This document shows, piece after piece, positions 1-11,974 of a stretch of DNA of 64,000 nt. This DNA comes from Diplonema papillatum (Eukaryota), in assembly GCA_030068145.1 (NCBI GenBank), contig JAPJBO010000148.1, forward strand, positions 208,409-272,408. The letters run 5' to 3'. Under the pieces are notes generated by a model that ran no database searches, was not told where the DNA came from, and saw nothing but the letters and a program-made list of their open reading frames with translations. Numbering within the stretch: the first letter of the stretch is position 1; the number at the start of each line of letters is the position of its first letter. Position numbers and translations under genes: made by a program.

Positions 1-208
1 TTTCGAGTGGACACTTTTCCACGGGCTTCTGGGTGCACGAGCACCCTTCGGGGTACTGCAGGTCAGTTATCTCCCGCTTCTGAAGCTGGGCTCCACCGCG
101 TCCGATTCTTCTCTTGTCGTGTGCACAGACCTGATCGCACTCACGATTTCACGGGAGAGGGTCGCTCTAGGATGGCGAAGTGCTAGACGAGAGGGGGGCG
201 GGGGGTTT

Positions 209-480
209 GCAAGAACGTGCTTGCTTTGGGTATTCGCCCAACACCCGCACTGGTCCTATCTGCACCGTGCTTCGGTCCTTTAAGTCACGGGCACAAGTGC
301 TAGACGAGAGGGGGGTGGGAGGGAGAAGGGCGGGAAGGTTCGTTTTCAGGGAAGCGTTTTTCCAAGAGGCGCGTTAGAAAGCATGCGCGGGCTTTGGGGT
401 GGGGAAGGGGATGCAAGAACGTGCTTGGAATGGTGCATGCTCGATGTGCGCGCGGTGGCCTGAATGCGGACACACAAGGC
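209..480 (+). repeat. Tandem partial copies of a ~170-bp interspersed repeat family (core ...gcaagaacgtgcttgg...cgcactggtcc...ggtcctttaag...); other copies at 8385, 13208, 14307
   Basis: The same ~90-170-bp sequence recurs at 8385-8547, 13110-13385 (two tandem copies) and 14307-14480 with >85% identity. The ORFs here are short and low-complexity. Confidence 0.6.
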
Positions 481-1719
481 GGGCCAGTACGGCGGGTGCC
501 ACAACCCTTGACCCGGAGGTGGCGCTTTGGCATGAGTCTTGCAGTTTACTGAGGGAATAGGAGCAAGACGCATGGCTAGATGAGCACGACCACCCTCGAA
601 TCGACACCAGGAGAATTCGGGTGGAGCTGGCTTCTGCGACTAGTATTATTCCGGTAAAAGGTGGCACTCCTGAACTAGCCCAAACCGACAGGTTCGAATA
701 TTTTTTTAGCCACATGCAATGTGTGAGGAAACTGAACCGCCCAAGTAGGACCTTCTGATCATGATCATTTGCCAATTTGCCACCTGAAACCACGTCCAGG
801 ATTTGGGCTCAGGGTAGTGCGGTCAACGAAAACTCTAGTTTCCCTTTCTACTTTCTCCTACTCTCGCGGTGTACGGTTTTCAAGGGGAGCAGCACGAGGG
901 GCATCATCCACGTTTCGAAGGCGCACGCACAAGGCGAACCCGTACTGACGAAGTGTGGCAGTGTGCACTTTTGGAATCCTTTTTTTCAGACTGAACCGTA
1001 CCGGCCGTAGGTACCAGGGAAGCCTGCTACACGGGAGCCAAGCTTCACGTGTTCGGCGGTACTGCAGAGCCACGGGCCTACGGGTCAAGTGGCTACCGAT
1101 TTCCCAAACTAAAGCAGCAAGGCTTGGCGCACCTTGGGGTTTGGCGCTCGCGCTGAATACAAGCTCGTCGAGACGGTCAGCTGCAGGGCAGAGCGGACGG
1201 GGTTCTGGCACTGTGCTGCCTCCGACTCAAGCTTTGCAAGCTGTGGTTGACCGTCACGTTCCTGGACCAGGAGCGGCTTTTTTTCTTTTTCTTCTTCTTC
1301 TTCAGACTGAACCCCGGGCTTCCTCCGCACGCTACGCGTGTGGATTTATTCCGAGCCTAAAAACGTCGGGAGCCATGCTTACGACGTTGTCGGTTCCTTT
1401 TCGAGATGTCGTGGCCACCGACGAATACGTCCTCACCTTGCAGTCGCATCCCCCATCGTCTTTGCTGGAATAATTCTGCCCAGCTCTCCCCCCCATCTAT
1501 GCTTCTTTGGCATCGTCTCAATGTTTGCTGGTTGTCACACGGCCAGAAGCCTCGTTGTACAAGTTTTCATTCGAAGAAGTTACTCGGATTAAGTATTCCA
1601 TTTTTTTTCTCTCTATCGGGTGCAGAGTTCGAAGCTAGGCGGCAATATTCGTTGCAGAATTTTTTTTTTTGACATAAGCGCCAGCTTGAAAGGAAATGCT
1701 CGACGATGCTGCCCGACAA

Positions 1720-1975
1720 AGAACCGAAGGGATCCCTAGTGCTGTAACTACCGAACCACGTGTTGAACGGACGTCAGGTCATGCGGGTCTACCCCTACAC
1801 GACAAATCACACAAACACAACAGGTCAAAAGTCCTGAGTGAGAAAACAACACACGGTGGTGTAAGCGAAGAACAAATCAGATTGTGTTTGTATTGTATTT
1901 GCCCCTTACCTCTATATTTCCCCCCTTCCATTCGGAGTCGAAGCAGCTACGTCGAGTATTTTCTATTTTTGTGTT
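1720..1975 (+). repeat. ~250-bp interspersed repeat ('family T'); other copies at 6925-7175 (inverted), 14080-14160 (partial) and 35035-35290
   Basis: Near-identical segments (…aaagaaccgaagg…gaacggacgtcaggtcatgcgggtctaccc…cattcggagtcgaagcag…) at four positions; the overlapping ORFs translate to the same peptide in each copy. Confidence 0.6.
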
Positions 1976-3785
1976 GTTTCTTCTCCGCCCGGGTCTTCTC
2001 CCCACAGTGTTATCCCCTGGGTCTTGAGCCTGAACATATTTAGGTGAAGCACAGGCGACGCACTGCAATGTAGCCAGAAGGAAAAAGTCACAAATGTGAG
2101 TGCTGTAGAACTTCATAATGACGTGCAGCTTCTTTCACGCCAGAAGAAAAGTCTCACGTGAAAGCAGCCAGGTCACCTGAACTTCCGCAGCACAAATAAT
2201 GAGGGCTGGCAGCGGTTTCACCAGCTTCATGTCGCAAGACAACATTGCCCACCCCCAATGACTCCAACTCGGAAGCAGTGGTCTGTGATAGGTCAACTGC
2301 GTCGATCTTTTGTAGCAACTTTTGTGCTGGAGCTACTGTCTTTTCTTTGTGGTCAAAAGCAACACCTAGGAAATCATACTGTTCACCCAAATCCACACTA
2401 TCAGCCTGTTTCCAGGTGATTTGGCACTTTTGGGCTACGCCCCCCCCTACCAAAATCGTGCGAGGCATGGTTCCCGGACTTAGCAATGGAAAATGCTTGC
2501 GTGCAAAGAGAACGTGAGACGCCTTAAGACCTAAGAAAGCCAACCTCGGCATCCCCACTGCCGTGTGATGAGGGAGGACAGTACAACAACATGTAAACGC
2601 TTACGCCCGCCACTAAACCCAGATTTTCCTGGGTTTTGTGTGGGCTACAAAGCACGTGCCCATGCCCAGAAAAGTGGTATTCAGAAGCGTTTAAAAGTGC
2701 AAGCGGACCACCTACCGGTGCCTAATAACTGTTTTTTTCGTGGGGTATCATTCGGGGAGGCCTTCACATGGCGATACTGAAAAGTAGCACTCGTTACGGA
2801 GGTGCACATGCGAGCAAATAAAAACAGCAAAAAAAACGAACACAAAAAAAAAACCAAAAAAAAAAAAAACGAAAAACATAGGCTTTCTCCCACACTCCAA
2901 GAGTACCCGTGTACCGGCCCAAAACTCGGTTTAGGCAGTCCCTCAACATTCCTTCGCGCTTCGTGACGTCAGTAACGAAAGACGCTGTACCTCTCCTTTT
3001 CTTTCACCGGTCCGTTCTCGTCAGACAACACGCAGAGCAGAAACTCCCGTCTGTGAATTGACCGCGGCATCTACACTTTTTATAAACGGTGCTCAAGCAC
3101 TCCCTTTCGAGTACAGGGGGAACCACGATTCAGTCAGTTCACGAGGACCTGTGTCCGATGAGGCCAGAAGCCAGCTGCCAAAGCCTGCGGATTGGCTCCT
3201 TTGGAGGGACCAACCACGGCACCTTGACGCTTTAAAAAAAGGCCTGGGACGCTGCGATCCCTGCGTTCGTTCCGACAACTTCCGCGCGGCAATGTCCCGC
3301 CTGCGAGGCTTCACGGCGGCGGGACCAGGCCTCTTCAGGCGTCTTTGTTGTTTCTAGATCCAGCGGCGGTCTCAACAACGTCTTCCTGCTTGGATGTGTT
3401 TTTTTTGCCGCACGCTCTTCTCGTGTTTTTTCGAGGTTTAAAGGTGCGGTGGTTTCGTGTCTTCTACAAAGATGGTGAGGGTTCGGCCGTCATCCGGCAT
3501 ACTGCAGTCAGCAATCAGCGCTACCTAACTGCTTTCGTGTCAGATCAAACACCTTGAACACGAAGGAAGGCTTGGTGCCAGATCGAGCACCTTGCACGCA
3601 CAAGATAACCTTTAAACCACAAGGAAAGCTGCAAATTGCTTGACCGGAAACCCGCCAGCCCATGCTTTGAATAGGTTGTGGCTGAATCCACGCGATCGCA
3701 GTGAAGTGCGACGGAGTCAAAACTGTTCATCGGTTCGCTGGTGTCAACGGCATCAGGAAAGGCGGTGATCCAGGGGGTGCTACGT

Positions 3786-3995
3786 CTGGTATACATACAC
3801 CTACGTGTGTAGATGCTTAGCATGCTACTAGCACCGGATGCTGCTACGCGTCCTCGTGGTTGCGGGTACTCACCCACCTCGTAGGTATGAATAGCACCTC
3901 GGGCTACATGCTAGCTGCTACACGGTATGTAGGTATGGAATACAAACCACCCACAGCCTGTATACGTAGTATCCTCGTCTGCTAGTACGTACGCA
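3786..3995 (+). repeat. ~210-bp repeat; a second copy is split into 4815-4935 and 5185-5300 by a 250-bp insertion
   Basis: Direct sequence comparison: 'tacatacacctacgtgtgtagatgct…cctcgtaggtatg' followed by 'agcacctcgg…tacatgctagctgctacacgg…cctgtata' is contiguous at 3786-3995 but interrupted at 4936-5184. Confidence 0.6.
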
Positions 3996-4935
3996 CTGCG
4001 TAGTGACAATGAGTCACGGACGCCTAGCCCTTGCCAGAGTCAGACGACGATGAGAGTAAGGTTTAGATGACACTCCTTAGGGGTCTGACACAAACCGAGC
4101 CAGACCGACGTTCTCGCCGTAGGTCAGGCCAACTCGATGGACGAACCGCAGAGTAAGCTGAAACGAAAGCGTACCTTTCCGTGGGTCCCGACGGCCGCCA
4201 TCTCCGGGTCGGTCTCGAGAATCGGCACTCTTTCCTCGACGAACTTGCCTTCGTACGTTGGCATCAGCTGTTTTGGTTTTGGGTGAACGTTCGCTTGATT
4301 GTAGCCCGCAAACCGCCCCACCAGCCAATAGCACGCCACTTGCACTAAGTCACGGATCGCTGGCGGTACTGTTTGTGCCGGTCACGTCTTCAGTGTTCCG
4401 GTGTATCGGAATCATTGTCCCTTTTCATCACTGGCGTTGTGGCGAGGTGGCAAGTTTTGCAGGGAGTGACTTACGACCTCGCGGGGGTCTGCTCTCGACT
4501 TTTGGGAAATTGTCAGTGGCTCGCATCAAGATCCATTGATCGAGCCGTCTTTTCAGAGGGTTTTATAGTCTCCGGGTGACCGTTGTCTGATGAATTTAGC
4601 ATCAATCGGGGTAAATGATCTTAGCACCGCCATTTTCCCATTCTACCCGGATCGACTCGATCGATAATGGTCAGCGAGCAAGCCAATCATTGTCGAAACG
4701 ATGAGTCGAACAGCAGCCGGGGAGATTCGATTTTCAAACGACGCTGTGCGAGGCTCGTTCTCGGACCGAGGGTTTGGAACACCACACCAGTGAATTCAGC
4801 TGCAGGACGGGTTTTGAGCTTTGGTATACATACACCTACGTGTGTAGATGCTGAGCATACTACTCGAGCACCGGATGCTGCATACGCGTCTTCGTGGTTG
4901 TGGGTACTCACCCACCTCGTAGGTATGCATGGCAT

Positions 4936-5184
4936 TGGGAACTTTTTAAGTACACGGACCACACGGATCAGCATGCACTTTTCTCACGGGCTAGGTTACT
5001 TAATGACGTCATCATCGCCTGCCATTGCATCATCAAGGTCGAGTACTTGCGGTGTAAACGGGGGTAGGTGATCTGGCGAGTCTGATTCAATGTCCGAGTC
5101 CAAGAGCGAGCAGGCACGCTCGGTTCCACCTTTCGAGAGCACGGGTGTGCCTGAGGCCGTCGGGCGCCTTTGCGATTTACCTAT
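4936..5184 (-). mobile_element. Solo LTR-like unit (X+R repeat) homologous to the terminal repeats of the 29560-31692 element; flanked by a 7-bp duplication 'tatgcat'
   Basis: It interrupts one copy of the 210-bp repeat. Flanks read ...ggtatgcat|insert|…acctatgcat|agcacc. It contains the X segment 'aagtaca(c/t)g(a/g)accaca(c/t)gga(t/t)(c/t)agcatgcac' and the R segment that encodes a conserved C-terminal peptide '…QVLDLDDAMAGDDDVIK*'. Confidence 0.5.
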
Positions 5185-5325
5185 GCATAGCACCTCGGTG
5201 TACATGCTAGCTGCTACACGGCACGTAGGTATGGTATACATACCACCTACAGCCTGTATAGCTAAGTAGTATCCTCGTTGCTCGTACGTATGCACTGCGT
5301 TGGCGATGGGGAAAAGCGTGCAGAC

Positions 5326-5654
5326 CTTGACAACGGTGTGGAGCGGCATGCTGAGGTTCGTGCAGTATTCTGGCTTCGACTCGACGAGGTAAGCGTAAAT
5401 GACGCGCAGAACCGCTTGGTGGGAAATGATGAGAAGCGGCTTCTTGGACCGCTCGAGCTCCATGATGACGGGCTCGAGCCGAGCCACGAGATCGTGGTAG
5501 CTCTCGCCGTGCGGGTAGCGGTACCAGTACTTGTTCTTCTTCCGCTTCTCGAACTCAACCGTCGCCTGCTCTTGGATCTCTTCGTACGTCAACCCGTCAT
5601 ACACGCCCGCGTCGATCTCCTCGAGTGCCCGCCAGTACACAGTCGGGAAGCTCC
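5326..5654 (-). CDS. Internal/3' exon of 6-phosphofructo-2-kinase/fructose-2,6-bisphosphatase (histidine-phosphatase domain: WRALEEIDAGV…RYPHGESYHDLVARLEPVIMELERSKKPLLIISHQAVLRVIYAYL…PLHTVVK)
   Basis: Strong motif-level match to the PFKFB bisphosphatase domain. There is a candidate AG acceptor (…tatacaaccacag|GGAGC) at ~5655 and a candidate GT donor (AAG|gtctgc) at ~5325. The ORF-track 'M' at 5640 is a GTG. Confidence 0.55.
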
Positions 5655-5957
5655 CTGTGGTTGTATACGTATTATTTACAGTCCGCGGGTACCTCTAATA
5701 AACAAGCTGTTCGCTGCACCCATCAGCGCGCGTTTTGATGTGCCACGACGATATACAACGAGAGCAAGCAGGGAGCGACTGTGAACCGTGCTGCTTGACC
5801 ACCCGTCGTACACTGCAATGCTTGCACTTACGCCGAGTCATGCGCTTAGGTTTCTTGCGGGAGTACGGGCGCACACGTTTTCACGTGCATGGTCAAAAGA
5901 ATCTCTGCGCTGCTGAGATCTTTAGGCATCCTTTCGGATGTGCAAGTAGGCACTGCT

Positions 5958-6082
5958 GCTGGTGCACACACTGGTGCACACACTGGTGCACACACTGGTG
6001 CACACACTGGTGCACACACTGGTGCACACACTGGTGCACACACTGGTGCACACACTGGTGCACACACTGGTGCACACACTGG
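5958..6082. repeat. Minisatellite (CACACTGGTG)n, about 12 units
   Basis: A perfect 10-bp periodicity is visible in the sequence. All six frames give repetitive peptides (HWCTHWCT…, VCTSVCTS…). Confidence 0.9.
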
Positions 6083-6538
6083 GGCTCAGTCGTTCCGTGT
6101 TGCAGCCACGGTACATGTTACGGGCACAGTCGTCCCCTGCTCATTTCGTGCTCGTCGAATGTCGCCAATGGTTACGTGTTCCTTGCAGTCGCTCCTGCCC
6201 GTTTCTATCGCGACTCCTTGCGGGATCGCTAGTATCCTTCCGGACGTGCGAGTGGAGCAGGCCAGGGCAAAAGAGACACAGGCGTGTTTGCGTCCGGGGG
6301 GGAAACCTTGTCCCACCGTGAGTGAGGAAATGACTGGTAAAGACGCGCTCTTGGGTGCCGCCAGAGACGGGGCCAGAAACGCTTGTGTCTGCGGCCTACG
6401 CGCGCGCGCGTAGTATATATACACCACCAGATCGGGACCTGAGCATGCCGTGGGGCCTAATATGGCCCAATATGGAACCCATATCAGCACGGTATGGCAT
6501 CGGTGTATGCACGGTGGTATACACACCACACACCGTAT

Positions 6539-6738
6539 CATGCAGGGTCAAAACCTTGTGTCTTTTTGGAAATGGCCAAAATTTTATTTCCAGAAAAAAA
6601 ATGGGTTTTTTGAATTTTAAAATTTTGGAACAAACTCTGTGGTAATTTTTGCGGAAGTTGAGCAAAATTTTTTTTTGGGGTCCATCGGCCCCGCGGGAGT
6701 GTTTCAAAAAGACACAAGGTTCTTTTTGACCCTGCATG
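6539..6738 (-). mobile_element. MITE copy 1 (200 bp) with TIR CATGCAGGGTCAAAACCTTGTGTCTTTTT; flanked by GTAT/GTAT
   Basis: Terminal inverted repeats catgcagggtcaaaacc…ggttttgaccctgcatg. Same family as 59710, 60653 and 63064. Confidence 0.8.
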
Positions 6739-6924
6739 GTATACCCCTCTATACAGGATCAACCGAGTGCAGACTCTCATCAGAGGTGGCCACTCTGGCC
6801 ACAAACTTCAGTACAGCAAGTCCACGTGCGGTTGGTGGCCATGTATGGATGGTGGAACACACGACGCAAACTCAGCGCCGTCGGAAAAGTGAAGCTTTGC
6901 GCTCTGGTACACAATGTACAAAAT

Positions 6925-7175
6925 ACTACGAAGCTGCTTTGACTCCGGATGGAAGGGAGGAAATGTAGAGGTACAGCGGGGAAATCCAATACAAACACAA
7001 TCTGTTTTGTTCTTCGCTTCACACCACCGTGTGATGATTTCTTACTCAGGACTTTTGACCTGTTGTGTTTGTGTGATTTGTCGCGTTGGGGTAGACCCGC
7101 ATGACCTGACGTCCGTTCAACACGTGGTTCGGTAGTTACAGCACTAGGGATCCCTTCGGTTCTTTGTCTGGCAGT
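6925..7175 (-). repeat. Inverted copy of 'family T' repeat
   Basis: Reverse complement of 1720-1975 / 35035-35290. Confidence 0.6.
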
Positions 7176-8384
7176 TATTGTGTGGGGCATTTCCTTCCAA
7201 GCTGGGGCATATAAAACAAACCCCCGAAGTTTCGGAGCACACCTGTCATCGGGACGGCAGTCATCCTTGTCCGGAGCAATGTGCTGCACCACACTTCCAA
7301 ACCGTCCGGGGCGTTGCTTCTGAGCCAGTGCGCGAGTTCTTGTGCGTAGTTTTCCCCTGTGTTATGGTTTAGACGTGGTAATGAAACGCGCGCTACGCTC
7401 TCACGATTTCTTTCTTTTCGGGAGGTCTGCGGGCGTGAGCGTGGGCGTGCACGCGCGTGCCAAAAAAATCCCGTGTTTAGACTGTTCCTTGTAAAGGGGG
7501 GGGTAGAATAATAACACTGTGTTATTAGCGTTATTCGTCGATTTGTCGAATAATAAAAAAAGTTCCGGGTAGCCGAACAGTAGCAGGATCAACTAGTGGT
7601 AGTGTTTTTAGACAACCAGACGTGTGTCAATAACTGTTATTATTCGGTTCATTTAGTAGGCGGCCGGGTTTTTGAAGTCTCCATTTGACTTGTGAGGCGG
7701 GGGGGGACGTTGTTATTGGTGCAGGTTTTGAGGGATAAGGAAAAGGTAAGAAATCTGTTCGCGGTGGCCTCAGCTGGTCTGGTAGTTCGTGCTACCTCCG
7801 TTCTTCTACACTCGTTTTCTTCTCTACTCACTACTGTACGTACTCTTTCACTCTTTTACCCTCTTTGGTTTGTGCGCACTAGCGGCTTTTCACCTGATTT
7901 GGTGAGTTGCTTTTAGTACGCTGTCAACTACTAGTTTTTAATACCAACAATGCATTGTTAACACAAAAAAGACTCCTGCGGCCGACACCACGAACACATT
8001 CGCAATGAAGTGTCTGCAGACAGGACTGCGGTGTGAGTCTGGTTTGTCAGGCGGCTGTTCGTAGCTCGTCACAGCCAGGACCACCCGTGCTACTAGAGCA
8101 CAGGCGAATCCGTCACGGGGAGAAGGCCCCTACAACCGTGTCTGAGCAATCAGTTAAAAAACTCAGGGCACTCGCCCTGATTGTGACTGCGACTCGCTAG
8201 GCAGCACTGACTTGTCTTCTTTTTACGGTGGCAATCTGCGAAGTAAACTCCGCAGAGTACAGTGGACATGGGGTTGCCGTGTGCAGCACCAATGGTTGAA
8301 GTACCAAAAGGAAAAAGAGTGCGAGGAAGTAATCCTGCGTGCTGAGGGCAGCAAGTCGCGTTACGCGAAGTACCCTACTGGAAT

Positions 8385-8547
8385 GGGGGGATTGCAAGAA
8401 CGTGCTTGGAATGGGTATGTGCTCAACACCGCACTGGTCCCGTCTGCGCCGTGTTTCGGTCCTTTAAGCCACGGACACATAAGGCGGACCATCATCAGCG
8501 CGGAACCTGAGTGTCTGCAGACAGGACTGTGGTGCGAGGCGGGGGGG
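8385..8547 (+). repeat. Copy of the ~170-bp interspersed repeat family
   Basis: gggggattgcaagaacgtgcttggaatgggtatgtgctcaacaccgcactggtcccgtctgcgccgtgtttcggtcctttaagccacggacacataaggcggaccatcatcagcg…gtctgcagacaggactg…ggggggg. Confidence 0.65.
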
Positions 8548-8559
8548 AAGGGGGGTGTT

Positions 8560-8700
8560 TTCCAGCAGGGCCTGGGCAGTGTGTTTTCATTCCTTTTCAT
8601 ACTTTGTGTCGCTTTTACTTTACTGTTTACTGTCACTTGTGGTTGCGCATCCGTGTTTTTAGAGTTAAAGTTCGCTTGAAATGCCGGGGTTTTAGTTTTT
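8560..8700 (+). repeat. Repeat shared with 54275-54370 and 37735-37790 ('…ggcagtgtgttttcattc…actttgtgtcgcttttactttactgttta…tgtggttgcgcatccgtgt…tttagagttaaagttcgc…')
   Basis: Direct sequence identity between the listed segments. Confidence 0.55.
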
Positions 8701-9789
8701 GTACGCGCGTGAACCACGCGTGAAGAAGAAACCCGTATTATGTCCCCTACAGGCTTTCGTTTTCTCGCACAGCCGTTCGCCTGTGCTCGTAAACGGCGCT
8801 ACGCATGTCGTCGGTTAAACCTCGTACACAGCGTCTTTCCGACCTGCGGACGGACATGAAGCGCACAGACAACCTCCTACTCTACTACACAACCGCCTGT
8901 GGGAAGGGTGTACGCCCGGTACGACGTGCTCAGCGCACCGAAACAGACATTTTTGGATCACGCGCGTAAAAAAAACGGAGCTTTTTTGGCCACGCGCGTC
9001 ACGCACGTACTTGGAGGCGAGTGGGAGGGCGAGCGGGCGGAACGCGCGCTTCACTATCATGGATAACCACCATATTTAGAGTGTAGGTCTTGCTTCTTTG
9101 GAGACTGGTCGTAACTTTTTTCGAGTATGCTAACTCGGATCTGAAACGAGTCCGTAGGAGCGGAACGGTCTCGACTTTTGCATTTTCATTGGCATGACCG
9201 ATTCATTTGCATTCCCTCCATGTCTGCATGTGGTATGCCATTCATACTCATTCTAATCGGCATCCCTCTTCTTGAATCGCGAACGATCCCTTCCGTGGAA
9301 CGTTAACACCGCCATTTGAGATTATCGAGGCGAGGTCATGCCAGCTTAGTTTTTCGATACGACAGGTCTGCTGCACCAACCGTCGAGAGAAACAAAAGTA
9401 GCCTGCTTTCTCTCCCTTCCCTTCCCACTTGCTGCCTTTCTCAGAGTTCCCATGAAGCCACCTCATGTGATCGGCAGCAAGATCGGCAGCTTCGCCTTTT
9501 GTGTTTCCGACGATCCCGTATGGGTGCAGAGATTGGTGGCTTGTACGTTTTGTCAGGTGCGCGCGATCAGCCGGCTTGCCGGCGGATTAAACTTCAAGCC
9601 TTTTTTTACCGGCAGACTCGCACGAAATCAGCCGATTTTCGACAGTGTAAGCTTTGGTTATGCCGCCCATGGGGCGGAATCAGCTTGATGCACAAACCGG
9701 GCAAGATGTGAATCAAGATGTTGTCGCAAAAACCTTCTGATCGGCAGACCTTCCAAAAATCAGCCGGCTGATTAGCCGGTCAGTTTTTC

Positions 9790-10190
9790 AAGAACTTTTC
9801 GAGACTGGAGGTCCTATGAACATGCAATGTGAATAGCCTCTACTCGAGCCAACCCGGCTTTTCTCCAGTGAAAAAGTGTATTGTTTTTGGACTAGATATT
9901 AGCGCGGAGCTAACTTTTTTCCGCCCTGCCCAAAAGCATAGGGGTGGCAGAGTGAGCTGGCTCCGGCCTTCAGGCCCGCCCATGACACTTTTCCGGTCGA
10001 AGATTGTTTTCGAGGTTTGTTGCGTTTCGGGGTCTAATGTGCCCGAAACTTGCGTGTTTTGCGGTGTTTCTCAGTATCTCGCGGTATTTGGGTCACCCCG
10101 CCGGCCCCGGGAGGAAAACTATTCTTTCGCCTAAAAGACTTTTTCCTTGGCTAAAAAACTTTTTTTCGCCACAGGGATTTTCATTGACGA
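9790..10190 (+). mobile_element. SINE-like element with a tRNA-related head (…GCATAGGGGTGGCAGAGTGAGC…) and a ~250-bp body; same family as 29060-29400 (minus)
   Basis: About 85% identity to the reverse complement of 29060-29400. The head resembles a tRNA D-arm/T-arm (GGCAGAGTGA…GGGTTCGAACCCC in the full copy) but lacks a complementary acceptor stem. Confidence 0.5.
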
Positions 10191-10600
10191 GAAATTGGGT
10201 AGCCCAGTGCAGTGTTAACCCTCGGTAAGCTCGTCTACGCTCACTCGATCACGCAGACAAACCAAGATGGAGAGTCAGCCACACAGGAAAAACAGTGGTT
10301 CAGGGTGAAAGGGATCTCTTTGCGAGAAAACAACAATACACGGGTGGTCTGGGCAAGAAGCTTTGACGTCAACGCGACACCTTTTGCTGCTCTGAACATC
10401 CCCGATACCCCTCAGACAGCATCTGGGGTACAGCCTGAAGCAAAGAAGCTGATGACTCTCTATCGTGGTTTGTCTGCGTGATCGAGTGAACACAGACGAG
10501 CTTACCGAGGTTTGACACTGCCTGGGCTACTCAACTTTTCGTCAATGAAAGTCCCTGAAAAAAAGTTTTTTAGCCAACCCCATTAAATGGGGTGTGAGGC
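10140..10600. repeat. Foldback structure: ~125-bp inverted arms (10140-10265 and 10468-10600) around a ~200-bp loop
   Basis: 'ggctaaaaaactttttttcgcc…ggtaagctcgtctacgctcactcgatcacgcagacaaacc' is mirrored by 'ggtttgtctgcgtgatcgagtgaacacagacgagcttaccgagg…ggcgaaagaatattttttagcc'. Confidence 0.7.
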
Positions 10601-10649
10601 GAAAGAATATTTTTTAGCCACGCAGGAAAAACACTGGGTTCAAACATAC

Positions 10650-11556
10650 CGAAGTCGGTCAGGCCGGAGTCGCCACCGATGCGGCCGAGGAGATTGAACT
10701 CGGACTGCCCGTGGCGGGAGAGGAAGATTGGCTGCATCGAGAGGTTGACGTTCATGAGGAAGTTGCAAACCCGGCACGGTAGGTACCCGTGCACCTTGTT
10801 GAGGACCAGGTCGCTGCCGCCGTTCTCCATCTTGATGAACGGCGAATCCGCACTGAGCGGCTCCTGGGCTTTGCGGTAGTACTCGGCCCTCCGATCGAAG
10901 TCTTCCGACGCCTCTTCCAACGACGCGAAATCGGAGTACGAGCTTGAGCACTTGAGGGTCATGTCCTTGTAGTTCGCCAGTCTGTCTTTGTTGCTCTCGT
11001 CCACCTCCAGAAACAGTATCCGGTCGCCGTCGAGCACGGTCGACAGCTTCTTGTAGATCAAATCCCTGCGCTTCTGCTGGACGTTCTGCCCGTCCATGAT
11101 CCCCACGTTGCCCCCTTGCCGCAGCCACTCGATCATATCGTCGATCGCGTTTTCCACGACTTGGTCCCGGATCTTGCTGTTCTCCTCGTTTCCGTGGTCG
11201 AAGAACTCAGGGCTGTGCTTCAGCACCTTGCCCTCCTGCTTCCGCCGGTAGCCTCGCACTTGGAACACGCAGGTTTTGAGTCCAAGCCAGCTGAGGAAGC
11301 GCATGATTCGGCGCGCGATGTAGCTTTTTCCTCTACCGGGGAGACCGACTGTCACGATCACGAAGGGCCTGCCCGTGAAGCGCGTGGCTTCGAACCCGGA
11401 AGTCGCGACGGGTCCGATGATGCCGGTCTGCGGCGGCGAGCGCTCGGCTTTGTGCCCGTTGGTCACCTCCACGTTCGCGATGTTCTCGCCGTACCGAGTC
11501 GCGTCGATGGTCACCGAGGTCTCCTCCGTCGAGATCATCGTCCTCTCTCCCCCCAT
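10650..11556 (-). CDS. 5' exon of 6-phosphofructo-2-kinase/fructose-2,6-bisphosphatase (P-loop kinase domain GRPFVIVTVGLPGRGKSYIARR… through the start of the phosphatase domain LSRHGQSEFNLLGRIGGDSGLT)
   Basis: Motif-level match to the PFKFB kinase domain. Candidate start ATGs lie at 11556 and 11538. A candidate GT donor (gacttcG|gtatgtt) lies at ~10649. The ORF then runs into the foldback arm without homology. Confidence 0.6.
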
Positions 11557-11974
11557 CCCGCCCGCGGTCTCTCCCTCACGCGCACGCACACAATGCTCAC
11601 TCACGCCCGCCAGGCACGTGTGCGCCCCGGTTCCCTTTTTCAGATTTTGTTTTCCTTTCTCTCCTTTCTTCTGTGCGTGCGTGTGGAATTCAATGATGGG
11701 CACGTGTCCAATTGCTGTTGACACGGAAACCTTCTCCACTTCGGCCTTCAATGTTCTCCATTGAATATTCGCTACTACAACCAAGATCTGCACTCATCCA
11801 CGCTCCATCGAGGCTCACGCCAACGACTTCGCGGGTGGACCACGCCCTCCTACGCAGTATAGCCCAGGTTTTCAGCTACTTTACGTTACGGCTGAAGCTC
11901 CTGTCGGCTGCTCGTGGTGGCCACGCGCTGTTCGGAACTGTAGCCTCGATTGGTTTAGGCTTCCTGCTTTGTGG

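Noticed and set aside
5638-5640. 'M' start codons in the ORF track
   Set aside because: The first codon of ORF 4996-5640 is GTG, so the track evidently allows alternative starts. Start coordinates were therefore not taken at face value.
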